From an uncultured Mycoplasmatota bacterium (lineage in GTDB: Bacteria; Bacillota_I; Bacilli_A; RF39; UBA660), in NCBI GenBank assembly GCA_946629885.1, contig CAMOYI010000009.1, forward strand, positions 1 to 47,415: 47,415 bases of DNA, given 5' to 3'. The notes under the pieces were generated by a model, which ran no database searches, was not told the origin of the DNA, and saw nothing but the letters and a program-made list of their open reading frames with translations. Positions 18,876-26,749 of the stretch are shown in pieces. The first letter of the stretch is position 1. Each line of letters starts with the position of its first letter. Both the position numbers and the translations under genes were made by a program.

Positions 18876-20653
18876 GTTTAAAAAGTGAAATAGCTCCTAA
18901 GGGAATGAGCTTTAGTCCTACACAGTTTAGAATAGGAGACAAATATTGTACAATTTTATCTGTGATAAGTTATCCTAAGTTTGTAGAACATGGTTATTTA
19001 GCCAATCTTACAAATATACCAGGTGTCAAGTTAGTTATTAAACATATTCCAATCGATTTTGCATTAATGCGTAAGATGATCGATAAAGAAATTGTCGATT
19101 TAAAGGACAGATTTCAAAAAGAACATGACAACACTCTTCAAGAAAGAATTAGACAAGATTACGAATCATTGGAAGACTTTATTCAACAACTAGCAGCGAC
19201 TAGTGCTAAAGTATTCGATTTTCAAATGCACATAATGCTTTCAGCAGACTCAAAAGAAGAATTGGAAAATAAAAAAACAGAAATAAAGACTTATATGGCT
19301 GGTATGGATTTGAAAGGTATTCCTCTAATGTTTGAACAAGAGAAAGTACTAAAGTCGATAATACCGATATTTCCAAAACAAGATATCGAAGATAGAATTG
19401 GTACTCCGATACCATCGAGTACAGTTGCTGCAATGTATCCATTCGTCTTTGATAGCATCAAAGATCCAGGGTTAAGTACTCTTTTAGGTGTCGATTTCTC
19501 AGGTGGAGTTGTACTATTTAACCAATTCTTATATCAGATTAAAAAAGAACATAATAGAAACAATGCTAACATGTTGATTTTAGGTTCTAGTGGCTCAGGT
19601 AAGTCTACTGCCGCTAAAATGCTTTTGCGTAGCCATTTTAGGAATGAATACAAGGTAATAGCAATCGACCCAGAGGGCGAACTAGAAGAGATGTGTCGCG
19701 CATTTAATGGTGACTTTATAAATCTGGGACGTGGTGGAGAGTATGGAATGATTAATCCATTAGAAGTTGTAATGGATGGCGATGATGAAGCAGGCGTTGC
19801 AAATGCAAATTCAATTCTTACACGTACACTTGCCAGTTTAAAAACATTTATGGTTTATTATAGTCCAGGTATCGAAGAAGATGTTCTTACATTATTTAGC
19901 GATGTTGTACAAGATACTTATAAGAGATTTAATATCGATTTTAATTCTGATTTTACACAATTTACTAGTGCTGATTATCCGACTTTTGACGATGTATACG
20001 CAACAGTAAAGGGTAGGTTACTGTCAATGCCAGAAAAAACTCGCGAAAGAGATATTATGGAAAGATTGGAACTAAAGATACGACCTTTAACAAAAGAATT
20101 AAGATATTATTTTAATGGTCATACTTCAGTTGAACCAACCAGCGACTTTATAGTGTTCAATATTAAGGAATTGATGAATAGCAGTACTTCTATAAGAAAT
20201 GCTCTGTTCTTTAACATCCTTAAATACGCATGGACACTATGTCTAGATAGAAATGTAAATACTGTTTTATCTGTAGATGAGGCACACGTATTATTGGGAA
20301 ATAATAACGAACTTGGTGCAGAATTCTTAGCCCAAATTCAAAGAAGAAGTAGAAAATACAATACTGGAACAATCATTATTACACAGCAACCGACTGACTT
20401 TGCAGCAGAAAATGTAATAATGCACGGTAAAGCAATTTTTGATAACGCTAGTTACTATTTGGCAATGGGATTAAAAAAACAAGCAGTTGAAGATTTATCA
20501 AAACTTGTAGATTTAAATGAAAATGAAATGGAAGCAATTAAACGTTTCGGCCAAGGTCAAGGACTATTTATTTGTGGATCGAGACGTATGCAAATAAATA
20601 TAGTATTGTCTCAGGATGAACTTGATTCATTAGGTTCAGGCGGAGGTTTATAG
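18872..20653 (+). CDS. virB4: VirB4/TraE-family T4SS ATPase
   Basis: NNANMLILGSSGSGKS (Walker A), IAIDPEGE, INPLE, LSVDEAH (Walker B), RRSRKYN...ITQQPTDF. Confidence 0.92.
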   Translation: MSLKSEIAPKGMSFSPTQFRIGDKYCTILSVISYPKFVEHGYLANLTNIPGVKLVIKHIPIDFALMRKMIDKEIVDLKDRFQKEHDNTLQERIRQDYESLEDFIQQLAATSAKVFDFQMHIMLSADSKEELENKKTEIKTYMAGMDLKGIPLMFEQEKVLKSIIPIFPKQDIEDRIGTPIPSSTVAAMYPFVFDSIKDPGLSTLLGVDFSGGVVLFNQFLYQIKKEHNRNNANMLILGSSGSGKSTAAKMLLRSHFRNEYKVIAIDPEGELEEMCRAFNGDFINLGRGGEYGMINPLEVVMDGDDEAGVANANSILTRTLASLKTFMVYYSPGIEEDVLTLFSDVVQDTYKRFNIDFNSDFTQFTSADYPTFDDVYATVKGRLLSMPEKTRERDIMERLELKIRPLTKELRYYFNGHTSVEPTSDFIVFNIKELMNSSTSIRNALFFNILKYAWTLCLDRNVNTVLSVDEAHVLLGNNNELGAEFLAQIQRRSRKYNTGTIIITQQPTDFAAENVIMHGKAIFDNASYYLAMGLKKQAVEDLSKLVDLNENEMEAIKRFGQGQGLFICGSRRMQINIVLSQDELDSLGSGGGL

Positions 20654-20667
20654 CGTTTAGAAAGTAG

Positions 20668-23046
20668 GTGAAGGGTGTGGACGAAGAAGGCAAAAAGCAA
20701 GATAATCAACAAACTAGTACTGAAAAAGCCGCCACAGTTGGTCTTAAAGTTGCTGCCAACTCGCTTGCACCCGGCATTGGTGGAAAGGCTGTTAGTATTG
20801 CAAGCAAAACCAGAATAGGCCAAAAAATAATTAGGAAAACTGCTAGAGCGGTTGGAAACGTACCAGGTTTGAAGACAGCTACGACATTAGATAAAGCCGG
20901 ATTACCTGATATGGCCGATGGAACATCTCATTTAATTGGTAATGTCCCTACAGGTACAACAAATATTAACGGTGCCCCATCTTTAACCAATAATGGGCAA
21001 ACAATTGATAAAAGTAAAATTAATTCAGGCGATGGTAATAGTGGCTCAAAATCAAACAGTAAAAAATCTGCGGTGTCATCCAATCTAATCGAAAAAAAGA
21101 AAAAGAAACTACTAATATATTTGCTCGTTGGAGCAGTTGGATTAGCACTAGCTGGTGGGTTGTTATTTGTTGTTGTTTCTGCAGTACGTGCTCCTTTCGC
21201 TGCGGTGGAAAACTTCATAGATAATATATTTAATAGTGAGGAAACAGGTATTACTGAGGAAGAAGAAGCAGAAATAGATGAATCTTATAAAAATTATCTT
21301 TGTGGCGATGATAGTAGCGATGAGTGTGTGGAAAAATACGAAGATTACATCAAAAGTGAAAAAGACTTTTTAGATAGGTTTAAATCTATATCTAAAGCGT
21401 ATAATCTAACAACTCGTCAACAAAAAATATTATATCAGACCATTGTATTTGGATACTCCATAGATGAGATTAACCCAGGTGACACATATAACATTAATGC
21501 TACAGAAAATTCAGAAGACAACGTCTATGAAAAAGAGAAGGACACTATAAAAGATCTTGCCCAAGAGTTTAATGGTTATGAAGAAAACTTTTACGACTAT
21601 TTAATTACTTCAGATTTTTTTGACGATAGAAGACCACTTTCGAATTACTATAGCGAGTATGCTGCTTCAGTTGGATTAAATGCAGACAATATTTCCCACT
21701 GGAGTGATGATGACAAACAGAAAGTTAGAAAAAAAATTGTAAAAGATATTAAAGGAATGATGTCGGATTATTTTAAAGACGATAAGAAGAAAACTTTTAC
21801 AGCAGAAAAGACCGTAACATACAATTCTTTTGCTTGGTGGCCAATAGGTTCATTGATAACAAAAACTATCAACTTTCGCAACAAAATCATAGAATTTGCA
21901 AGTAATACTCCGGCATATACCAGCATTAGTAGTCCATTTGGTTATAGAACTCATCCAGTTACAGGTAAACAAGGTACATTCCACAATGGTATCGATATTC
22001 CTGCGGCGTTAAATACACCAGTTATTGCTTGTTTAAAAGGTACTGTAGTGGAGATTAACAATACATGTAGTACGACTGGATCTAAAGGTTGTGGTAGTGG
22101 ATATGGTAATTATGTTAAAGTTAAAACCCCTTCTGGGCTTTCTTACCTTTATGGTCACTTAGCAAAAGATTCAATTAAGGTTAGCGTAGGTGGAGAAGTT
22201 GAGCAAGGCCAAGTATTGGCAGGTGTAGGAAGCAGTGGTACTTCTACTGGATATCACTTGCATGCAGCTATAATAACCACGGCCGGTGAATTTGTAAACC
22301 CACTCGACTATTTAGATCCGAATAATACAAGAGGTGTTATAACGAGTACTGCGCCAAGTACAGGTTCCGGAAAAATAGACGATTCAGGAATTCCAGACCA
22401 ATGGAAAAACGCATTTAAGTTTATTGCATTTAACGAAGGTGGTTTTTCTGAAAGTAACAAAGTAATATGTAGTTTGGACAAATTGCCAACCTCAAGATAT
22501 GGAACACTTTTATATCATAGAAAAGAAGTTTATGCTAATAATGGTTTTGACCTAGTCAATATTCCTGTTTATGAAAAAGTTGAAAAGAATGGTAAAATAA
22601 GTTTTAATAAACTTCCTGATTATTCAAATTACTGTAGTGATATAGAATTATATGATGAAAATGGTAATGCCATAGAAAAAGGCAGATTTGTTGATGAAAT
22701 ACCTGAAAAAGTCGCAAAAGCGGGATTTGTCGACTTAATGGAATATTTTGCAAATGATGTTAAAAAATGGGCGTCCAAAAACGGTGTTACTTTAAGTAAA
22801 AATCAAGTAGATGCCATAGTAAGTTTATCTTGGAGTGGCCCAGCGGCACTAGAAAAATTTAAAGAAATGTATAAAAAATATGGATATAATAATGAAAAAA
22901 TATGCTCAAACTGGTGGCGCTCATATTTAGTAACCTCGTCTGCTGCTGAAGCACAAGGAAACAATGTTAATGAAGGATTAAAAAATAGGCGAAATCGTGA
23001 GTGTAATTTATTCTTAACTGGCGACTATGGTGAAGCGATAAAGTAA
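20668..23046 (+). CDS. membrane-anchored peptidoglycan hydrolase: M23 metallopeptidase plus C-terminal GH24 lysozyme-like domain (VirB1 analogue)
   Basis: One TM. M23 motifs SSPFGYRTHP, HNGID, YGHL, GSSGTSTGYHLH. GH24-like motifs FNEG, NQVDAIVSL, GLKNRRNRECNLF. The start may be GTG 20677. Confidence 0.85.
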   Translation: MKGVDEEGKKQDNQQTSTEKAATVGLKVAANSLAPGIGGKAVSIASKTRIGQKIIRKTARAVGNVPGLKTATTLDKAGLPDMADGTSHLIGNVPTGTTNINGAPSLTNNGQTIDKSKINSGDGNSGSKSNSKKSAVSSNLIEKKKKKLLIYLLVGAVGLALAGGLLFVVVSAVRAPFAAVENFIDNIFNSEETGITEEEEAEIDESYKNYLCGDDSSDECVEKYEDYIKSEKDFLDRFKSISKAYNLTTRQQKILYQTIVFGYSIDEINPGDTYNINATENSEDNVYEKEKDTIKDLAQEFNGYEENFYDYLITSDFFDDRRPLSNYYSEYAASVGLNADNISHWSDDDKQKVRKKIVKDIKGMMSDYFKDDKKKTFTAEKTVTYNSFAWWPIGSLITKTINFRNKIIEFASNTPAYTSISSPFGYRTHPVTGKQGTFHNGIDIPAALNTPVIACLKGTVVEINNTCSTTGSKGCGSGYGNYVKVKTPSGLSYLYGHLAKDSIKVSVGGEVEQGQVLAGVGSSGTSTGYHLHAAIITTAGEFVNPLDYLDPNNTRGVITSTAPSTGSGKIDDSGIPDQWKNAFKFIAFNEGGFSESNKVICSLDKLPTSRYGTLLYHRKEVYANNGFDLVNIPVYEKVEKNGKISFNKLPDYSNYCSDIELYDENGNAIEKGRFVDEIPEKVAKAGFVDLMEYFANDVKKWASKNGVTLSKNQVDAIVSLSWSGPAALEKFKEMYKKYGYNNEKICSNWWRSYLVTSSAAEAQGNNVNEGLKNRRNRECNLFLTGDYGEAIK

Positions 23047-23059
23047 CGGAGGTTTATTT

Positions 23060-23533
23060 ATGATAAAATCTAAAAAAGTTAAGACTGTATTAGTTATAAT
23101 ATTTGTTATACTAATGGCTATTCTACTTATATTGCTAAATAGACACCAAACATTAAAAAAAGAAAGAGACTATATTCAAGTTGAGAACATATCTACTTTC
23201 TTCACTATAGCGTCTACTGCCAATAGATATATAAGTTACTTATCTAATGGGCTAAGAGATAATTTAAATATGGTTCTAAGCAGTGATTACAATGCAGATG
23301 AAGAAATTAGCAAATTTAATAATATTAATGGATATATGTACACTTTAAAAGTTAAGAATATATATCAGGCGACAATAAGCAAACACAAAGTAAAATATTA
23401 TATTTATGGTTTACTTAGAAAAGAAGATATTGACGAATTTGATTATGGAACTCCATATTATCTTATAATCGATGTCGATAAAGACGATTATACATTTAAA
23501 GTAACTCCATATGATGGAAAGGTATTTAAGTGA
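23060..23533 (+). CDS. bitopic membrane protein in the T4SS operon (possible VirB8/TcpC-like NTF2 fold)
   Basis: N-terminal TM followed by a helix-then-beta-strand extracellular domain; operon position. The fold is inferred. Confidence 0.6.
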   Translation: MIKSKKVKTVLVIIFVILMAILLILLNRHQTLKKERDYIQVENISTFFTIASTANRYISYLSNGLRDNLNMVLSSDYNADEEISKFNNINGYMYTLKVKNIYQATISKHKVKYYIYGLLRKEDIDEFDYGTPYYLIIDVDKDDYTFKVTPYDGKVFK

Positions 23534-23537
23534 TCAT

Positions 23538-24005
23538 ATGAAAAAGGGAGATTTTAAACTTTTAGGTATAGCGTTAATAGTCTTAGTTCTAATTAGCGCT
23601 ATCATATATTTAGCATTTACTTCTAGTAATGATGATGAATATGTTTTTACCTTTCCGCTAGAGGAGACTGCCAACTATGCTGCAAATGAAATCATTCCAA
23701 TCTATGTGGAGGAAGAAGAGTTAGTGCAAAACTATTATGCCGAGTTTATAAACCTAATTGTAAACGATAGAGATAACGCATACAGTTATGTCAAAAGTGA
23801 TGTTAAAGAGATAGATTATCCGACTATTGAATTATTTAACAATAGAATGGATGAATTGATTGCAAGTGGAATACTAGAAAGTAGAGTAGAAAAATATCGA
23901 AAAGATGAGCAAGATGGTAAAACTATCTACTATGTTACTAATACGAATGGCAACAGGATAACTTTTATAGAGAGTTCCATTATGAATTATGAAATAATAG
24001 TATAA
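23538..24005 (+). CDS. bitopic membrane protein in the T4SS operon (possible VirB8/TcpC-like NTF2 fold)
   Basis: MKKGDFKLL followed by a TM, then EEELVQNYYAEFINLIVNDRDNAYSYV. ATG 23538 is preferred over the overlapping 23511. Confidence 0.6.
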   Translation: MKKGDFKLLGIALIVLVLISAIIYLAFTSSNDDEYVFTFPLEETANYAANEIIPIYVEEEELVQNYYAEFINLIVNDRDNAYSYVKSDVKEIDYPTIELFNNRMDELIASGILESRVEKYRKDEQDGKTIYYVTNTNGNRITFIESSIMNYEIIV

Positions 24006-24010
24006 ATTAA

Positions 24011-24039
24011 TAGATTTTTCGTGAAAAATAATATATAAT
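24011..24039 (+). promoter_or_regulatory. possible internal promoter for virD4 with an inverted repeat
   Basis: TAGATT-N17-TATAAT; palindrome ATTTTTC-gt-GAAAAAT at 24014-24029. Confidence 0.4.
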
Positions 24040-24069
24040 GATTACTTGATAGAAGGAAGAGGTCTTACT

Positions 24070-26391
24070 GTGAAATTAAAAATCAGAGTTAAAAAGAAGG
24101 ATTTTATTTATTTTGTTTTGATTAGTATCGTTCTCTTTCTTGGATGTTCTATACTAGCAATTAACTTTTTATCACTAAGTAAAATCGGACACTTAGTAGG
24201 ATTTAACTTGTTTAAATATTATGATATTACAGCATTTTCTTTAAGTTTAATCTTTTTTGTGGTCTCTATGGTATTTATCTTTATGAGTGTATCTAATACC
24301 ATATTTAACTTTGAAAAGGGTGGACTTGGTCTCGTATTTGGCGATAAAGATGAAAAGGGATATAACCGCTGGTTGACAACTAAAGAAATGAAAAAAGCTT
24401 GGGGTGTAAAGCCAGTTGTTATAAACAAACCTACAAGTGATGCCGGTGGAATAGTTTTGATAAATGACGGAAAAACGATGTGGGTAGATGATGGTGAATA
24501 TCATACGATGATTATAGGTCAATCTGGTAGTGGTAAAACTAGTGCTCTAGTCGACCCACAGGTCTATAGTTTATGTAAACATGGCGAGTCTATGATTATC
24601 ACTGACCCTAAAGGTGAAATATATCGTCGTCATGCTAACAGGTTAAAGGCGAATGGTTATAATATTGTTTGTATCAACTTTCGTGAACCTAGAGAAGGAA
24701 ATGCTTGGAACCCGTTGACAATCCCTTATAGAATGTATAAACAAGGAAAAATAGATAAAGCACAAGAATTACTAGAGGATATAAGCCAGAACATATTTAT
24801 ATCTCCTAAAAACCAAAATGACCCATTCTGGGAAAGTGCTTCGAGTGCATATTTTTCAGGATTAGGAATTGGTCTTTTTGAAGACGCTAAAGAAAACGAA
24901 GTAAGTATTTCTTCGATAGAATATATGTCAACTTGTGGAGAAGAAAAAAATGGACTTTCCACTTATGCTAAAGATTATTTTAATTTAAAAGGTGAATCTA
25001 GTAGTGCATATAAGTATGCTAAAGCAACTATTACTGCGCCTAATGATACTAAATCGAGTGTACTATCAGTATTCCAGGATAAGATTAAACACTTTGCTTC
25101 TCGTCCAGAATTGTCCGAAATGCTTTCTTATTCAGACTTTAACATGGAAGATATAGGAAAAGAGAAAACAGCAGTGTTCTTGATAGTACATGATGAAAAG
25201 ACAACTTATCACTCATTAGCGACAATCTTCATAAAGCAATTATATGAAGTACTTATCGATGTTGCTCAAAAAAGTCCAAAGGGTGAATTGAAATTTAGAA
25301 CGAATTTCATTTTGGATGAATTTGCCAACATGCCTGCCTTAAAAGACGTTACTTCTATGGTAACGGCCGCGCGTTCTAGGAAAATTAGATTTACATTTAT
25401 AATTCAGAACTTTGCCCAGTTGGACGAAGAATATGGTGATAAAAATGCTGAGACTATAAGAAGTAACTGTGGAAACACTATATACTTATTGACAAATGAA
25501 TTGGCAGCCCTTGAGGAAATCAGCAAGCTATGTGGAGAAGTTAAATCAAAAGAAAAAGAAAAGACTGTATCTACACCTCTTGTAACTGTAACAGACTTAC
25601 AGAAAATGAAAAGAAATGAAATAATAGTTATAAGAATGCGTATGAGACCGTTTAGGACAATTTTAAAAGGCGCATATGAAGTCGATTGGGGAGATAATTA
25701 TGAAGAAGCAGCCCTTCCGGAAAGAGAACAAGCACCAATAAAATTATTCGATATGAAACAATATGTAAAAGAAGAGAAACGAAAAAAGACTATGGAAGCA
25801 ATCAACGCGGCGCAAAACAATACAGCTGGTTCTGGATTAAATCCAACTTCAGAAGTTAATCCTTTTCAAGATCCGTTTAAACCTGTATCGGATCCGTTCA
25901 TGGATCCATTTAAGTCACCATCAGATCCATTTAAACCCGCAACAGACCCATTTGCAAATCCATTTAAACCTGCATCGGATCCGTTTGCAAATCCTTTTGG
26001 AGGATTACCAAGCTCAGTTCCTAAGAGTAATGATACATCGCCAGTTTCAAATGTTCCACCAAAAGATGATGAAGTCGACATCGACGAGTTAGTTAAAAAT
26101 ATCGATGCTCAAATCGCTGAACTAGAAAAAGAACAGCAGGAAAAGAAGAAAACTGAAAAACCAAATGATAATATTAGTAGTATGTTCGATTTAAAAGAAA
26201 TGTCTTTAGACTTAAATGATGAGGTTAATAGTAATCCGCAACCTGCGAAGAAGCCTAGCATACAAGAAAATGTTATTAATACTGAAGATAATAAAGATAA
26301 AGTGGCTGTAGACAATTCTAGTGTCATTATGGATAATCAAGTAGTCACAGATGATCAATTTTTTGACGATTTTTTCGGTGATGATGAATAA
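24070..26391 (+). CDS. virD4: VirD4/TraG-family type IV coupling protein with a low-complexity C-terminal tail
   Basis: Two N-terminal TMs, HTMIIGQSGSGKT (Walker A), IITDPKGE, WNPL, FILDEFAN (Walker B), IIQNFAQL. GTG 24070 follows GGAAGAGGT. Confidence 0.92.
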   Translation: MKLKIRVKKKDFIYFVLISIVLFLGCSILAINFLSLSKIGHLVGFNLFKYYDITAFSLSLIFFVVSMVFIFMSVSNTIFNFEKGGLGLVFGDKDEKGYNRWLTTKEMKKAWGVKPVVINKPTSDAGGIVLINDGKTMWVDDGEYHTMIIGQSGSGKTSALVDPQVYSLCKHGESMIITDPKGEIYRRHANRLKANGYNIVCINFREPREGNAWNPLTIPYRMYKQGKIDKAQELLEDISQNIFISPKNQNDPFWESASSAYFSGLGIGLFEDAKENEVSISSIEYMSTCGEEKNGLSTYAKDYFNLKGESSSAYKYAKATITAPNDTKSSVLSVFQDKIKHFASRPELSEMLSYSDFNMEDIGKEKTAVFLIVHDEKTTYHSLATIFIKQLYEVLIDVAQKSPKGELKFRTNFILDEFANMPALKDVTSMVTAARSRKIRFTFIIQNFAQLDEEYGDKNAETIRSNCGNTIYLLTNELAALEEISKLCGEVKSKEKEKTVSTPLVTVTDLQKMKRNEIIVIRMRMRPFRTILKGAYEVDWGDNYEEAALPEREQAPIKLFDMKQYVKEEKRKKTMEAINAAQNNTAGSGLNPTSEVNPFQDPFKPVSDPFMDPFKSPSDPFKPATDPFANPFKPASDPFANPFGGLPSSVPKSNDTSPVSNVPPKDDEVDIDELVKNIDAQIAELEKEQQEKKKTEKPNDNISSMFDLKEMSLDLNDEVNSNPQPAKKPSIQENVINTEDNKDKVAVDNSSVIMDNQVVTDDQFFDDFFGDDE
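25858..25998 (+). repeat. intragenic degenerate tandem repeat encoding nine [DN]PF motifs
   Basis: NPFQDPFKPVSDPFMDPFKSPSDPFKPATDPFANPFKPASDPFANPF; recurring GATCC(A/G)TT at the DNA level. Confidence 0.9.
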
Positions 26392-26395
26392 AAAT

Positions 26396-26424
26396 TTGTA
26401 TTTTTAAAAGTTATATGCTATAAT
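26396..26424 (+). promoter_or_regulatory. sigmaA promoter of the rimP-nusA-infB operon
   Basis: TTGTAT-N17-TATAAT with an extended -10 TG, starting 5 nt after the virD4 stop. Confidence 0.75.
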
Positions 26425-26442
26425 CAAGCTATCAACGAAAGG

Positions 26443-26467
26443 AAGTGGGCCAACAAATGGACCACTT
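26443..26467 (+). promoter_or_regulatory. rimP leader hairpin
   Basis: AAGTGG...CCACTT stem in the 5' UTR, resembling the AGTGGG...CCCACT hairpin commonly found upstream of rimP in Bacillota. Confidence 0.45.
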
Positions 26468-26493
26468 TTATTTGTCGATTTTGGGAGGAATGT

Positions 26494-26748
26494 ATGAAAG
26501 AAAAACTAGAAACAATTAAAGAAGCAATTACTAAGCCAATGGAGGATATGCAAATAATTGTAGACGATGTAAAATTTGTCAAAGAAAAAGGATATAGATT
26601 TTTAAAAATAACATTGGATAAAGTCAATGGTCTAGATATCGATACTGTCGTAGAAGCGACACGCGTAATCGACCCAATAATCGATGAGTTAGATTTGATT
26701 GATGAAGAATACGTTTTAGATATTTCAAGCAAGGAAAGAGGTAATTAA
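26494..26748 (+). CDS. rimP: ribosome maturation factor RimP, N-terminal domain only (84 aa)
   Basis: DVKFVKEKGYRFLKITLDKVNGLDIDTV...EEYVLDISS; first gene of the nusA operon; RBS GGGAGGA. Confidence 0.85.
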   Translation: MKEKLETIKEAITKPMEDMQIIVDDVKFVKEKGYRFLKITLDKVNGLDIDTVVEATRVIDPIIDELDLIDEEYVLDISSKERGN

Positions 26749-26749
26749 A

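Noticed and set aside
22400-23046. Prophage endolysin
   Set aside because: The GH24-like domain is fused in frame to a membrane-anchored M23 protein inside the T4SS operon, and there are no holin or phage structural genes.
25858-25998. CRISPR-like repeat array
   Set aside because: The repeats are 9-nt, codon-phased and degenerate, inside a CDS, with no spacers of CRISPR length. No cas genes are in the window.
15064-26391. Calling the T4SS cluster an ICE or integrated plasmid
   Set aside because: No integrase, relaxase, rep/par genes, att repeats or cargo are visible, and it abuts the rimP promoter. Mobility genes elsewhere in the genome cannot be excluded.
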